64,000 bases of DNA, from assembly GCA_000998025.1 (NCBI GenBank), contig LCJG01000002.1, positions 891 to 64,890 of the forward strand, written 5' to 3'. The notes below the pieces were generated by a model. The model saw nothing but the letters and a program-made list of their open reading frames with translations. It did not search any database and was not told the DNA's origin. Both the position numbers and the translations under genes were made by a program. This DNA is from Candidatus Collierbacteria bacterium GW2011_GWB1_44_6. GTDB lineage: Bacteria; Patescibacteriota; Microgenomatia; UBA1400; MFAQ01. Below, in pieces: positions 39,302-48,412 of this stretch (positions within the stretch are counted from its first letter, which is position 1; each line of letters starts with the position of its first letter).

Positions 39302-39568
39302 CTAGGGAAATATTTGCTTACCGTTTTTATCTTTAATAATAATAGCAAGGATTGGGCAACACCGGGCAGCTTCAAGTACTTTTTCAAAAGTATCGCCGTC
39401 GGGATCGGCAATAACAGCCTTGCCGTCTGAATCTCTTAGCAAGAAGGTAAGGGGGGCGGCGATCGAACAAGGACCGGCAGCAATGCATTTGTCGAGATCA
39501 ACGGTAATCTTATACCCGTCGGTGCGAGTGGCTTCGCTGATTGATTCGGTAGTGTTAACTTGGACCAT
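39302..39568 (-). CDS. small ferredoxin-like protein (single-cluster Fd fold with atypical Cys spacing)
   Basis: ITVDLDKCIAAGPCSIAAP...KVLEAARCCPILAI follows the single-cluster ferredoxin pattern, but with CX5C...CC ligands. It lies immediately downstream of the radical SAM gene. Confidence 0.45.
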   Translation of the reverse strand: MVQVNTTESISEATRTDGYKITVDLDKCIAAGPCSIAAPLTFLLRDSDGKAVIADPDGDTFEKVLEAARCCPILAIIIKDKNGKQIFP

Positions 39569-39593
39569 TATTGTATCAGTTTAACATTTATAT

Positions 39594-39619
39594 AGATCCC
39601 CGATCAGGTCGGGGATGAC
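39594..39619. repeat. intergenic palindromic element / hairpin (ATCCCCGA-TCAGG-TCGGGGAT-GACA), a member of the family also found inside coding regions
   Basis: 8-bp GC-rich stem with a 5-nt loop, just downstream of the GT2 stop at 39625. About 15 nt are identical to the copy inside the GT39 gene near 56890. Confidence 0.6.
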
Positions 39620-39624
39620 AAGAA

Positions 39625-40716
39625 CTATCTTGTCAGTTTACCAGTAAACAAAAATCCTTGTATAAATCTGAGTCCGTACCAGAGATGGGTAATGAAGATA
39701 ATGAGGATGGACAAAAGGGCATGAAGTGGTTTTTTTGATTTTTTTAGTACCCAGAGGGCGTTTAAAGATAGAGTTAGGAAATACAGGATAAAACAGTATA
39801 TTCCGAGATTACGGATGACCAAGAGGGCATTAATAACGGGTTTTGCGATGATTATCGGTTGGTAAATTGTAAACGGCTCGGTTACATTGATGGTCTCTAC
39901 ACTAGTTGAGGCGTATAGAGGCAGGGGTGACGTTATGATCATGTAGATAAACCCCAGGAAGATTAAAGAAGGCAGGAAATAAACAAGTTTGAGTGATGTT
40001 TTGGGTAGAATACGGGCAAAAAATCCCCGGTGAAGGCCGAAGTTGCCATTTTGTCTCAGGTGAGCGAACAGGATGGGACGGCGGTGGTGGTAGACGATCG
40101 CTTTTGGTTCGTAAATAATCCTTTTACCCAAGTAATGGGTGAGATCTAGGCAGAGTTTGGTATCTTCCCCCGGCCAGTAATTGGAGTCATAACCGCTAAC
40201 TTTTTTGAAGTCGGTCTTCCTAACTGCCAAATTCATAGAAGGATAATCGTCAACAAATTGTCTTTTGCCAGGAAGGAAGCGGTAGGTATACGGACCGGCA
40301 CCTGCAGGAGAGGCCGAAGCCCAACCGGAAGCCTCTTCCTCCCAGGAAATGTAAGGGGGTGTAACCCCAGGTCCGCCGACCCCGGCAATGCTTTCATTTT
40401 TGAAATGTGGAACTAAGTGTTCAAGCCAGGCACCTGAAGGATAAGCATCGTCGTCTAAAAAAGCTAGAATATCACCTTTGGCTAACCTGCCCCCTTCGTC
40501 CCTCTTTTCGGCTGGGCCCACATAGCTACCATAGTACTTTTGCCTTAACTTGGGGTACTTGAGATTTTCAACTTTGTAATCGCAGATGAGTAAGATCTCG
40601 TAATTCTTGTATGTCTGCTTCTGAATAGCGTTTAAACATTCAATTAGATATGGATTTTTTCTTTTGTAGTCGACAACTATGATTGAAACTAGTGGAGAAT
40701 ATTTATCGGATTTCAC
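39625..40716 (-). CDS. GT2 family glycosyltransferase with C-terminal TM helices
   Basis: LVSIIVVDYKRKNPYLIECLNAIQKQTYKNYEILLICD. The C-terminal 100 aa are hydrophobic. Confidence 0.8.
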   Translation of the reverse strand: MKSDKYSPLVSIIVVDYKRKNPYLIECLNAIQKQTYKNYEILLICDYKVENLKYPKLRQKYYGSYVGPAEKRDEGGRLAKGDILAFLDDDAYPSGAWLEHLVPHFKNESIAGVGGPGVTPPYISWEEEASGWASASPAGAGPYTYRFLPGKRQFVDDYPSMNLAVRKTDFKKVSGYDSNYWPGEDTKLCLDLTHYLGKRIIYEPKAIVYHHRRPILFAHLRQNGNFGLHRGFFARILPKTSLKLVYFLPSLIFLGFIYMIITSPLPLYASTSVETINVTEPFTIYQPIIIAKPVINALLVIRNLGIYCFILYFLTLSLNALWVLKKSKKPLHALLSILIIFITHLWYGLRFIQGFLFTGKLTR

Positions 40717-40725
40717 AAGTTGTTA

Positions 40726-41541
40726 TTATTTGTATTTTAACTTGAGTTTTGGATCGTCCTGCCACAGGTCGGAGCCTCCATCATCGTAATACCGGAGAAT
40801 GTATGTTCTATAAAGGATAGCTAAATAGTCAATGGCAAAATTCTGGACTGATGACATGTCGACATTGCTTGAAAAATTGTGGGTAATTTCCACCGGAGAT
40901 TCAAATATTCTCTTAAAACCCAAGTGGTTGGCCACTGTCAGTATTTCCAGATCAAAAGCCCAACGTTTCACAATAAGCCGCGGCAAGACTTTAACGAGAA
41001 CTTCTCTCTTAAAGACCTTTAACCCAGTCTGAGTATCCGAAACATTTAAACCAAAGAAAAACCTGGTAGCTCTCTGAACAAAAAAAGAGAGAATTTTTCT
41101 CTGCCAAGGATACTCTACTTTACTTGCGTGATGGCGTTTACTTCCGATGATTACGTCTGCGTCGTACCATTTCATATGTTCCAAAGCCAACCCAAGCCCT
41201 TTGGCGTGGAGATCTGAACCGGCATCAATAAAGGCGATAACTCCTCCCCTTGCCCTAGCCATACCAAAACGGATAGCGTAACCCTTACCCCGGTTATCCG
41301 GATAAAAATATATTTTTATGTCTGCAGACTTTGCTTTGATGGCTTTTTCGCGGGTGTGGTCTTTTGATGTTTTTCTACCATCTACAATGCAAATGATTTC
41401 GTATGGGCGGTTTAAGAGATCAAGATATAGTTTTATAGTAAAAAGATCTTTGTCGATAGTTTTACAGTTATACGCAGGAACGATTACAGAGAGAAGAGAT
41501 GGGTCGGCTTTTAGGATTTTATTTTTGGCCACTTTGGGCAT
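40726..41541 (-). CDS. GT2 family glycosyltransferase
   Basis: LLSVIVPAYNCKT...IICIVDGRKTSKD...IAFIDAGSD. Confidence 0.75.
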   Translation of the reverse strand: MPKVAKNKILKADPSLLSVIVPAYNCKTIDKDLFTIKLYLDLLNRPYEIICIVDGRKTSKDHTREKAIKAKSADIKIYFYPDNRGKGYAIRFGMARARGGVIAFIDAGSDLHAKGLGLALEHMKWYDADVIIGSKRHHASKVEYPWQRKILSFFVQRATRFFFGLNVSDTQTGLKVFKREVLVKVLPRLIVKRWAFDLEILTVANHLGFKRIFESPVEITHNFSSNVDMSSVQNFAIDYLAILYRTYILRYYDDGGSDLWQDDPKLKLKYK

Positions 41542-41573
41542 GAGTGAATTATATGACGGGGTGATTGCAGATA

Positions 41574-42824
41574 CTAGTTTTTATTTCTGAAGTAGAAGAG
41601 ATAGAAGATTAGAGAACTGGACAAGAGTACTTGGATGCTGAAGTTAGACCAGATGATACCGGAAAATGAGTGCCTGAAAAGAATAATTAGTACTGGCTGT
41701 AGTACCGTAGCAGCCAACAGAAGGAGGGTGGCTTTGGGCCTTCCTGTCGCCATAAGAAAAGAGAGAATAAACTGGCTAAGAGCAAAGAATACCATGGAGA
41801 AGGCGAATAGACCAAGATATGGTGTTACAGCCAGATACTGAGTCCCCGACAGAATCCGGATGACGAAGGAAGGAAATAGACCAAAAATACATGCCCCGAT
41901 AAGACCGATGGTTGAGATTAAGGATCCAAGCTTGAGAAGAATAGATTTGGCAGATCCGTGGGCAGCGTACCTGTGGGACGCAATAGGAAGAGTTAGGCCA
42001 ATTAGTGGAGTGAGCCCAAAGAGAATCATTCTACCCAAAATTGACAAGGCGGAGTAGAGACCGGAAAAGTAGGAATCAGAGAATGCCCTAATAACTAAGA
42101 TATCGGTAGAAATTAGTGATAGGGTACCAAGAGAAAAAAGAAAACTGTAAACCGTGAAACCGCCAAGTGAGAAGTGCGGAGTTTTTTTAACTTTTATTCG
42201 TGGATATATTGATGGTTTTATATCCCAGTAAATCATTAGAGTAGTAATGATGCCTGCCACAAGCTGGCCAAGAACAGCGCCGGTAGCACCCATACCGAGT
42301 TTAATAAAGGCGATGGACAAAGCAATCGTTAGAATAATATTAATGAAACCGATTAGAGAAATAAAAATAAATTTCTGAAAAGCGGTGTTGTAAGAGTTGG
42401 CGACGACTTGAAATAGAGAAACAAACATACTTATCCCGAGGATTATGAAAGCAACAGAGTTTGCTTTGAATAATTCTGAAAGTGGATTGGCAAATAGAAT
42501 AAGCAACAATCCTAGGGTAATGGTGACTGGACTAAGAGTCTTTAGTAGGTAGTAAAAAAAGAGATTGGTTGAGGTGCTATCGCCTTTTCCGGTATATGCT
42601 GAAACATATTTGGTAACAACTGTGGCGACTGTGCCCATAGGGATACTAAGCAGGTAGGTGAGCGATAGATAAGACAGGAATTCACCATATTCAGCTGGAA
42701 CAAGAAATCTGAGCAGAAGGAGGTGAAAAAAATATCGAAAAATATTCTGAGCAAAGCTGGCAATATAAAAAATAATAGTGCTTTTTGCAGTTGGAGTGGT
42801 AATGGCTTTTAGAAGACGGTGCAT
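41574..42824 (-). CDS. Wzx-like flippase / polysaccharide biosynthesis membrane protein (MOP superfamily)
   Basis: 416 aa with about 12 TM helices and a Wzx-like N-terminus. Confidence 0.5.
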   Translation of the reverse strand: MHRLLKAITTPTAKSTIIFYIASFAQNIFRYFFHLLLLRFLVPAEYGEFLSYLSLTYLLSIPMGTVATVVTKYVSAYTGKGDSTSTNLFFYYLLKTLSPVTITLGLLLILFANPLSELFKANSVAFIILGISMFVSLFQVVANSYNTAFQKFIFISLIGFINIILTIALSIAFIKLGMGATGAVLGQLVAGIITTLMIYWDIKPSIYPRIKVKKTPHFSLGGFTVYSFLFSLGTLSLISTDILVIRAFSDSYFSGLYSALSILGRMILFGLTPLIGLTLPIASHRYAAHGSAKSILLKLGSLISTIGLIGACIFGLFPSFVIRILSGTQYLAVTPYLGLFAFSMVFFALSQFILSFLMATGRPKATLLLLAATVLQPVLIILFRHSFSGIIWSNFSIQVLLSSSLIFYLFYFRNKN

Positions 42825-42879
42825 GGGATTTTTTCAGGATTGCTTCGGTTCGGGTACGACGAAGTGACGATTGTATCTT

Positions 42880-44370
42880 TTATTGTAGATTAAATATGTA
42901 GGCAGTGAAAGCACCGGAATGGACCGGCTTACAATTTTGGTCAGCAGTACAAGGAATATTCTTTTGCTCAGCAATAATGACACGATAGAGGGGTTTTTCT
43001 GTAGAGATTTCGTCAGGATAAGTCCAGCCAAAAAATTCGTCAGCGAAACTAAGCGTGGGACGGTTTCCGTAGGTTTGAAATAGGTAGTGCCAACCACCAT
43101 ACGGGTGATACTTACGCGGGTCTTTCCCCTCTGTCTCCAGGCTGAATGGCCTATCCTCTATCTTGACCATGACTTGATCGACTAAGTCTCTTCTAGCGAC
43201 TAGGCCGTATGGAGATTGTGTTGTGGTGAAAATAGTAATACTGTTTATGGCGGCATACACTACTAATAATGGGGCTAGAGCTTTCCAGCTTAAATGCTCT
43301 AAAAACAAAGCCAGCACAATCGTGAATAATATAAAGAAGCTTAAAAGATAATACTCGGCACCCCATTGAGGATAGAGAACATAGAAAGCAACAATCGAGA
43401 TGATCATGCCACCTAGGATACGGAGGTTTTTATTGGCTTTGCTTCTAACGAAGAAGGAAACAAAGGCGATAAAGGAAAAGAGAGAAAGAAATGTGTTTGG
43501 TCTAGTCATAAATGCACCGTGAGCTCCGAGTCCGTGTTCTTCTTGGATATTGGTATAGAAGTTTAAGAAAATTAACCGGCTGGTAGAAGAGAATATGTTT
43601 CTTGCATGGGTGAATAGTTTGTGGAAACTAAAAGAGGAATCGGAGTTGTTGGATCCCGCTAAAAACTTTAGAGGACCAAGGATATTATCAAAATTATGAT
43701 TAATATCGAAGATTATTAGTGGCAAAACCACCAATGCGTAGGAGACTATAGCCACAAACCAGGTTTTTATGCTAATTTTCCTGAAGCTTCTGATTAATAA
43801 ATATAAGATCAGTGGCCAGTAAACAGCGAGGGAGAGATGTACATGCAGGGCAGTGGCCATAAGAATCGATGTCAGAATATACCAACGAGAATCATTTTTT
43901 GCTTGATAAAGGGAAAATAGCAGCCAAATTGTAATAAACATGATTGGTGTAGGATTCCAGAAACGATGGTCAAAATATATGAGCAGTGCCGAGAAGCCAT
44001 ATATTAGCGATGACACAATTCCAACCTTCTTGGAAAATATTTTTGAGGAGACATGGTATAAGCTAAGCGTTGTAATCAGACCAAATAAAGATGAGAAATA
44101 TGCCAGTATACTCAGATCACCTTTTGATATCCAAAACAAAAGAGCATTGAGATAAGTGAAGCCAGGACCTAGGTAGAAGCCAAAGTTGCTGGCACTCACG
44201 CCGATCCAAATAGGGTGAAAGTCCTTTACCTGAGACCAGGATATAAGAGCTTGATATTCTTCGTCGAAATTGAAAGAAAACCAGTCTGCCGCTTTCCAGA
44301 AACGAAGTACACACAATAAGGCAAATATAATAATGGGTAGTACTGTTTGTTTGGCTCTTTTCACTGTCAC
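42880..44370 (-). CDS. GT-C membrane glycosyltransferase, ArnT/PMT-like
   Basis: VLRFWKAADWFSFNFDEEYQAL is the loop-1 DE motif. Multi-TM. Confidence 0.5.
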   Translation of the reverse strand: MTVKRAKQTVLPIIIFALLCVLRFWKAADWFSFNFDEEYQALISWSQVKDFHPIWIGVSASNFGFYLGPGFTYLNALLFWISKGDLSILAYFSSLFGLITTLSLYHVSSKIFSKKVGIVSSLIYGFSALLIYFDHRFWNPTPIMFITIWLLFSLYQAKNDSRWYILTSILMATALHVHLSLAVYWPLILYLLIRSFRKISIKTWFVAIVSYALVVLPLIIFDINHNFDNILGPLKFLAGSNNSDSSFSFHKLFTHARNIFSSTSRLIFLNFYTNIQEEHGLGAHGAFMTRPNTFLSLFSFIAFVSFFVRSKANKNLRILGGMIISIVAFYVLYPQWGAEYYLLSFFILFTIVLALFLEHLSWKALAPLLVVYAAINSITIFTTTQSPYGLVARRDLVDQVMVKIEDRPFSLETEGKDPRKYHPYGGWHYLFQTYGNRPTLSFADEFFGWTYPDEISTEKPLYRVIIAEQKNIPCTADQNCKPVHSGAFTAYIFNLQ

Positions 44371-44450
44371 AGGGATAGTTTAGCATTGTGGTGTAAAATG
44401 AGGCCATGGATTTTATCGGATTTGCTCGAAGAACATGTAACAAATAAAAA

Positions 44451-45398
44451 ATGAAAACAAAAAATCCTTTGTTTTCTGTAGTTATTCCCGTCTATAACGA
44501 GGAAGGTAATGTCTTACCTTTATTCAAAGAAATAAAAAAAGTGATGACTAGGTTGGGGAGTTTTGAGATAATATTTGTAAACGACGGCTCGACGGACAAC
44601 ACAGGAGTTGAACTGAAACGGTTGAGAAAGGTAAAAATCGTACAATTTAGAAAGAACTTTGGGCAATCTGCGGCGCTGGATGCAGGCGTAAAGGCTGCCA
44701 AAGGAAAGTATGTCGTTACGCTGGACGGAGATGGTCAAAACGACCCGGCTGACATACCCAAGCTATTTGGAAAACTGAACCAGGGTTACGATGTGGTATG
44801 CGGGTGGCGATACAACAGAAAGGATAACTGGATACGAAAATTTATTTCTGAAGGAGCAAGGAGGCTTAGGTCCGTTTTGGTCGATGACAAGGTGCACGAC
44901 GCGGGATGTACTCTGAGGGTATACAACAAGGTGTGTTTTACGGACTTAGATTTGGCCGGTGAAATGCATCGAATGATCCCAGCGATTCTTAGGTGGAGGG
45001 GTTTTAGAATAACTGAACTCAAAGTGAACCATCGGCCAAGAATAATTGGAAAGAGTAAGTATGGAATGAGCCGCACCATAAAGGGTTTTCTTGACATGCT
45101 TCTAATCTGGTTTACTAGAAAATACAACAACCGTCCGTTGCATCTATTTGGCACGGTCGGTCTGTCCCTTATATTTGCCTCAGTATTGTTATTGTCGGCT
45201 CTGGCAATATTGAAAACTTTTTATGGCTATAGTCTATCTGATAAGATCTGGCCACTGGTTGGCATGATAAGTTTCTTAGCGGGGATACAGCTGTTGGTCT
45301 CGGGTATTCTGGCCGACTTAACCATAAAAAATAATACTGTCAGTAAAGAATGGATGATTAAAACAGTGAGGGGACCTAAGAAGATTTCTACGAAATGA
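44451..45398 (+). CDS. polyprenyl-phosphate glycosyltransferase, GtrB/ArnC-like GT2 with two C-terminal TM helices
   Basis: LFSVVIPVYNEEGNV...FVNDGSTDNT...FRKNFGQSAALDAGV...VVTLDGDGQNDPADIPKL, plus a C-terminal TM pair (LHLFGTVGLSLIFASVLLL..., ...WPLVGMISFLAGIQLLVSGIL). Confidence 0.85.
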   Translation: MKTKNPLFSVVIPVYNEEGNVLPLFKEIKKVMTRLGSFEIIFVNDGSTDNTGVELKRLRKVKIVQFRKNFGQSAALDAGVKAAKGKYVVTLDGDGQNDPADIPKLFGKLNQGYDVVCGWRYNRKDNWIRKFISEGARRLRSVLVDDKVHDAGCTLRVYNKVCFTDLDLAGEMHRMIPAILRWRGFRITELKVNHRPRIIGKSKYGMSRTIKGFLDMLLIWFTRKYNNRPLHLFGTVGLSLIFASVLLLSALAILKTFYGYSLSDKIWPLVGMISFLAGIQLLVSGILADLTIKNNTVSKEWMIKTVRGPKKISTK

Positions 45399-46521
45399 AA
45401 TAACCACGGGTAAAGAAGAATATGCTGAAAAGAGTCATAGTAAGACAGAGAGTGTAGTAGGCATAGCGGAAATAGGGGTGGTTTTTTTCAAAAAATAGCG
45501 CAAGATATAAAAAGACAGGGAACAAAACTAGGGTGAAACGGGGAACACTCATAAAAGTTCCTGTGAGGGTTGGCAGGATAAAGGATAAAAGAGAGTAGAG
45601 CCAATACGAAAGTCGGATTTTTTTGAGTGAGAAGATGAGAACAAGTAAGATCAGGGACGCGGAAAGGAGTTCCAAGACGACCGTAAAAAATAATGGGTCA
45701 AGGTGATCCGTAAAAATTAACATCTTGGCATAGCGGAAGTAAACTTGATGAAGGAGGATTAGTTTGTCCATGGACCTCCCAGTAAAATTTGATTGAAGAG
45801 TGGCAAAAAAGAGGGCGTTGCCTGTTTTTATATATTGAAACCGCATAAAGGAGATCAGCCCTAAAGGTGGGATAGCAAGCCATATGGTTGAGAGGTTTAG
45901 GCTTTTCCGAATGTCTTGCCCGTGAGCAAGCCAAAATTCGTAAATAAGTGCCGGCCAGAGAAAAATGCCGGTTATCTTGGTAGCCGAAGCAATGGCCGCA
46001 AAAGTGCAAGCAAGGAAAAATTGGTTTTTCCTGGCGAAGTAAAAGGAAAGAACGGCAAGTAATATAAATAAAGATTCGGTGTAAACCGAACCAAAGAATA
46101 GAGATGTGGGAAAAAGTAAGGTTAGGATAATGGTTTCTTTGGCGATCTTTTTTTTGAAGTCGATGGCGACCAATTTATAAAGGAAATAAAGAGCCAAAAT
46201 TAATGAGAGGTGGGAAATGATCAGACCGGAGGCAAGGTAGTTGCCGAAGACATTGAAAGTCTTTATGGCCCAGGGGTAGACTGGGAAAAAAGCATAGTCC
46301 ATATCGGTCTTGTGCTGGTAACCATAGCCAAACTCGGCTAAGTCCAAGTAGTGGAGTCCGTCAAAATTTGACCACATAGAGAAGACATTGGCGACTGATG
46401 GGGTGGGGGTAAGATTGGTAAAACGGGTGCGTGGTGCAAGGAGGAACATGGCCGGGAGAGCCACTATGACAATCAGGAGTCTCCAGCCAAGAACAAGTTT
46501 AAGGATTTCTTTGAGAGACAT
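45388..46521 (-). CDS. polytopic membrane protein, possible GT-C (GT87/DUF2029-like) partner of the GtrB-like synthase
   Basis: 377 aa with about 10 TM helices. It is convergent with and overlaps the GtrB-like gene. Confidence 0.35.
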   Translation of the reverse strand: MSLKEILKLVLGWRLLIVIVALPAMFLLAPRTRFTNLTPTPSVANVFSMWSNFDGLHYLDLAEFGYGYQHKTDMDYAFFPVYPWAIKTFNVFGNYLASGLIISHLSLILALYFLYKLVAIDFKKKIAKETIILTLLFPTSLFFGSVYTESLFILLAVLSFYFARKNQFFLACTFAAIASATKITGIFLWPALIYEFWLAHGQDIRKSLNLSTIWLAIPPLGLISFMRFQYIKTGNALFFATLQSNFTGRSMDKLILLHQVYFRYAKMLIFTDHLDPLFFTVVLELLSASLILLVLIFSLKKIRLSYWLYSLLSFILPTLTGTFMSVPRFTLVLFPVFLYLALFFEKNHPYFRYAYYTLCLTMTLFSIFFFTRGYFIS

Positions 46522-46620
46522 TGGTAAGGATGATTATAACAACTAAAAAAACTCAAAAACTCGAAAATTCAAAACGGTGGACTTGTTGATTTCGGGTATT
46601 GTTTGGTGTTAAATGGATAT

Positions 46621-46956
46621 ATGGGAAAATATAAAGTATGGCTATATCGGGATAGAAACGGTGATTCACCGGTCGAAGATGTTATAAAAAAACTGAATAA
46701 AGTTCAAGGATCAAAGGTGAGTAGACAAATTCTTCATTTATCTGAGTTTGGTATTTCGATACACAATAAATCACTTAGGAAGCTGACAAAGACGTCACTG
46801 TGGGAGTTAAGAATTCTTGGAAGAGATAACATTCGTCTGTTTTGCACCGAAACGAAGTATGGCATTTGTATTATCCATGTATTTGTTAAGAAAAGCCAAA
46901 AAACACGTATTTCGGAGATATTGATCTCTTTGTCCAGGCTCAAGACGATATCTTGA
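46621..46956 (+). CDS. higB: RelE/ParE-superfamily toxin (HigB/Gp49-like addiction-module killer)
   Basis: MGKYKVWLYRDRNGDSPVEDVIKKL...LWELRILGRDNIRLFCTE...ICIIHVFVKKSQKT has the Gp49/HigB-like pattern and size. I place the start at the ATG at 46621, not the upstream alternative start codon at 46603. Confidence 0.65.
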   Translation: MGKYKVWLYRDRNGDSPVEDVIKKLNKVQGSKVSRQILHLSEFGISIHNKSLRKLTKTSLWELRILGRDNIRLFCTETKYGICIIHVFVKKSQKTRISEILISLSRLKTIS

Positions 46957-46987
46957 CAAAATATATCTTTTAAGGTATATTTTACCC

Positions 46988-47272
46988 ATGAAACACAACA
47001 TGATCGACTTTGAAGATTTCCTTAAAGAACAGCTGAAAGACCCTGACTTTAGGGCGGAAATGGAAAAGCTGGAACCACAATACCAGCTCGAAAGAGCCAT
47101 TATCAAGGCCAGGCTTGAAGATGGGATAACTCAAAAAGATCTCGCAAAGCGAACCAATACCACCCAAGCTGTAATTTCTCGGGTAGAATCGGGGTCTGTT
47201 AGTCCGTCTTTAAAGACAGTTAATAAAATCGCAATGGCACTAGGAAAGAAATTGAAGATCGAATTTGTATGA
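46988..47272 (+). CDS. higA: HTH-XRE antitoxin (HigA-like)
   Basis: ARLEDGITQKDLAKRTNTTQAVISRVESGSVSPSLKTVNKIAMALGKKL is an XRE-family HTH. It is 31 bp downstream of the toxin gene. Confidence 0.7.
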   Translation: MKHNMIDFEDFLKEQLKDPDFRAEMEKLEPQYQLERAIIKARLEDGITQKDLAKRTNTTQAVISRVESGSVSPSLKTVNKIAMALGKKLKIEFV

Positions 47273-47392
47273 ATGTAATGTGCATAAAATGAACATTCCT
47301 AGGTGGAATGAGATTGGCCGAAAGTTTTTTCGGTACTTAGCTCTGCTGAGAAGCGCCCCGTTTTTTACTCGCAATGACGAATACGACGATTA

Positions 47393-48412
47393 TTATTCCT
47401 GATTGAGTACTTGTCTGTAAACTTCGGCGGTGAGATTGGCGGTCTTTTTCCAGCTGAAATCTTTGGAGCGCAATTTTGCCAGTTCAATCTGTTTGGCTTT
47501 TGCACTGGGAGAAAGGTGGAGAGCTTTCCGGATGGCTTTTTCCATGGATTTTGCTTTCCGGGGGTTAAAGGTAATGGCGTCTTCGTGATAGACTTCCGGG
47601 AGACTGGAGGTGTTTGAACTGGCAATCAGACAGCCAGTGGTCATGGCCTCCAGAAGAGGGAGTCCAAAACCTTCATAATATGACGGCTGAACATATAGGG
47701 AGGCAAGGTGTAGGAGGGCATTAAAATCCTGATTCGAAACGTATCCAGGATATTTTATGTGGTTGTAGACTTGTAAGCGAACGAGATCAATTAACTCGGG
47801 GTGGACCGGGTTTTTGATTTCCTGCAACATACCACCGCCAACAATGACCAAGGGAAGATTTAGACGATCGGTAACTTCCGCGAGGGTGGGTAAGTTTTTG
47901 TTGGGATTTGGACCGGCCGCGAGAGTAAGAACAAATTTATCTGGAAGGTGATATTTTTCTTTTATTTCTTTCAGGTTAGAAATAGAGGGGGCCTTCCGGT
48001 AATCTTCAGCTACCGCTAAAGGTGTGACAAAGATCTTGTTGGGAGATATCCGGAAATATTTTTCGATGTCCTTCTTTGAATTTTCTGAGTCGGTAATAAT
48101 GGCTGAAACATTTCTGAGGGAAAGCCATTGTAAAAAAAGTTTGATAGTGCCCCTGACGCCCTTAGGGTATCTGCCGGACATGACTAGCGGGGTGAGATCG
48201 TGAACCGTAACTACCGTTGGCTTTGCCTTCCTCATGGGTAAGGTGAGATAAAAAAGATCGAAAAAAGGATAGTGGATAATGTCCGGATCTTTGTCGGTAA
48301 GGCTAATACCCGGAAGGTGTGCAAGAGACATGGATAGATTCTCGGCATAGACACCGACCCCCCTACCGGCTGAGTGTCCTCCTGTGGCCATATGAACTTT
48401 GATTGATTTCAT
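47393..48412 (-). CDS. GT4 glycosyltransferase
   Basis: YYEGFGLPLLEAMTTGCLIASSNTSSLPEVYHEDAITFNP. Confidence 0.85.
   Translation of the reverse strand: MKSIKVHMATGGHSAGRGVGVYAENLSMSLAHLPGISLTDKDPDIIHYPFFDLFYLTLPMRKAKPTVVTVHDLTPLVMSGRYPKGVRGTIKLFLQWLSLRNVSAIITDSENSKKDIEKYFRISPNKIFVTPLAVAEDYRKAPSISNLKEIKEKYHLPDKFVLTLAAGPNPNKNLPTLAEVTDRLNLPLVIVGGGMLQEIKNPVHPELIDLVRLQVYNHIKYPGYVSNQDFNALLHLASLYVQPSYYEGFGLPLLEAMTTGCLIASSNTSSLPEVYHEDAITFNPRKAKSMEKAIRKALHLSPSAKAKQIELAKLRSKDFSWKKTANLTAEVYRQVLNQE

Noticed and set aside
39054-39430. ORFs 39054-39302 (-) and 39239-39430 (+)
   Set aside because: They overlap the N-terminus of the radical SAM gene out of frame and the ferredoxin gene antisense. They exist only because the shared 20-nt motif and surrounding intergenic sequence happen to be open, so they are not called as genes.
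46603-46620. TTG start at 46603 for the toxin gene (MVLNGY...)
   Set aside because: An in-frame ATG follows at 46621 (MGKYKVW...), which matches typical HigB/Gp49 N-termini. The upstream TTG extension is an ORF-finder artefact.
47320-47345. Hairpin GGCCGAAAG-TTTT-TTCGG between the convergent antitoxin and GT4 genes as a bidirectional terminator
   Set aside because: The stem is only 6 bp and no U-tract follows on either strand. It is too weak to call.
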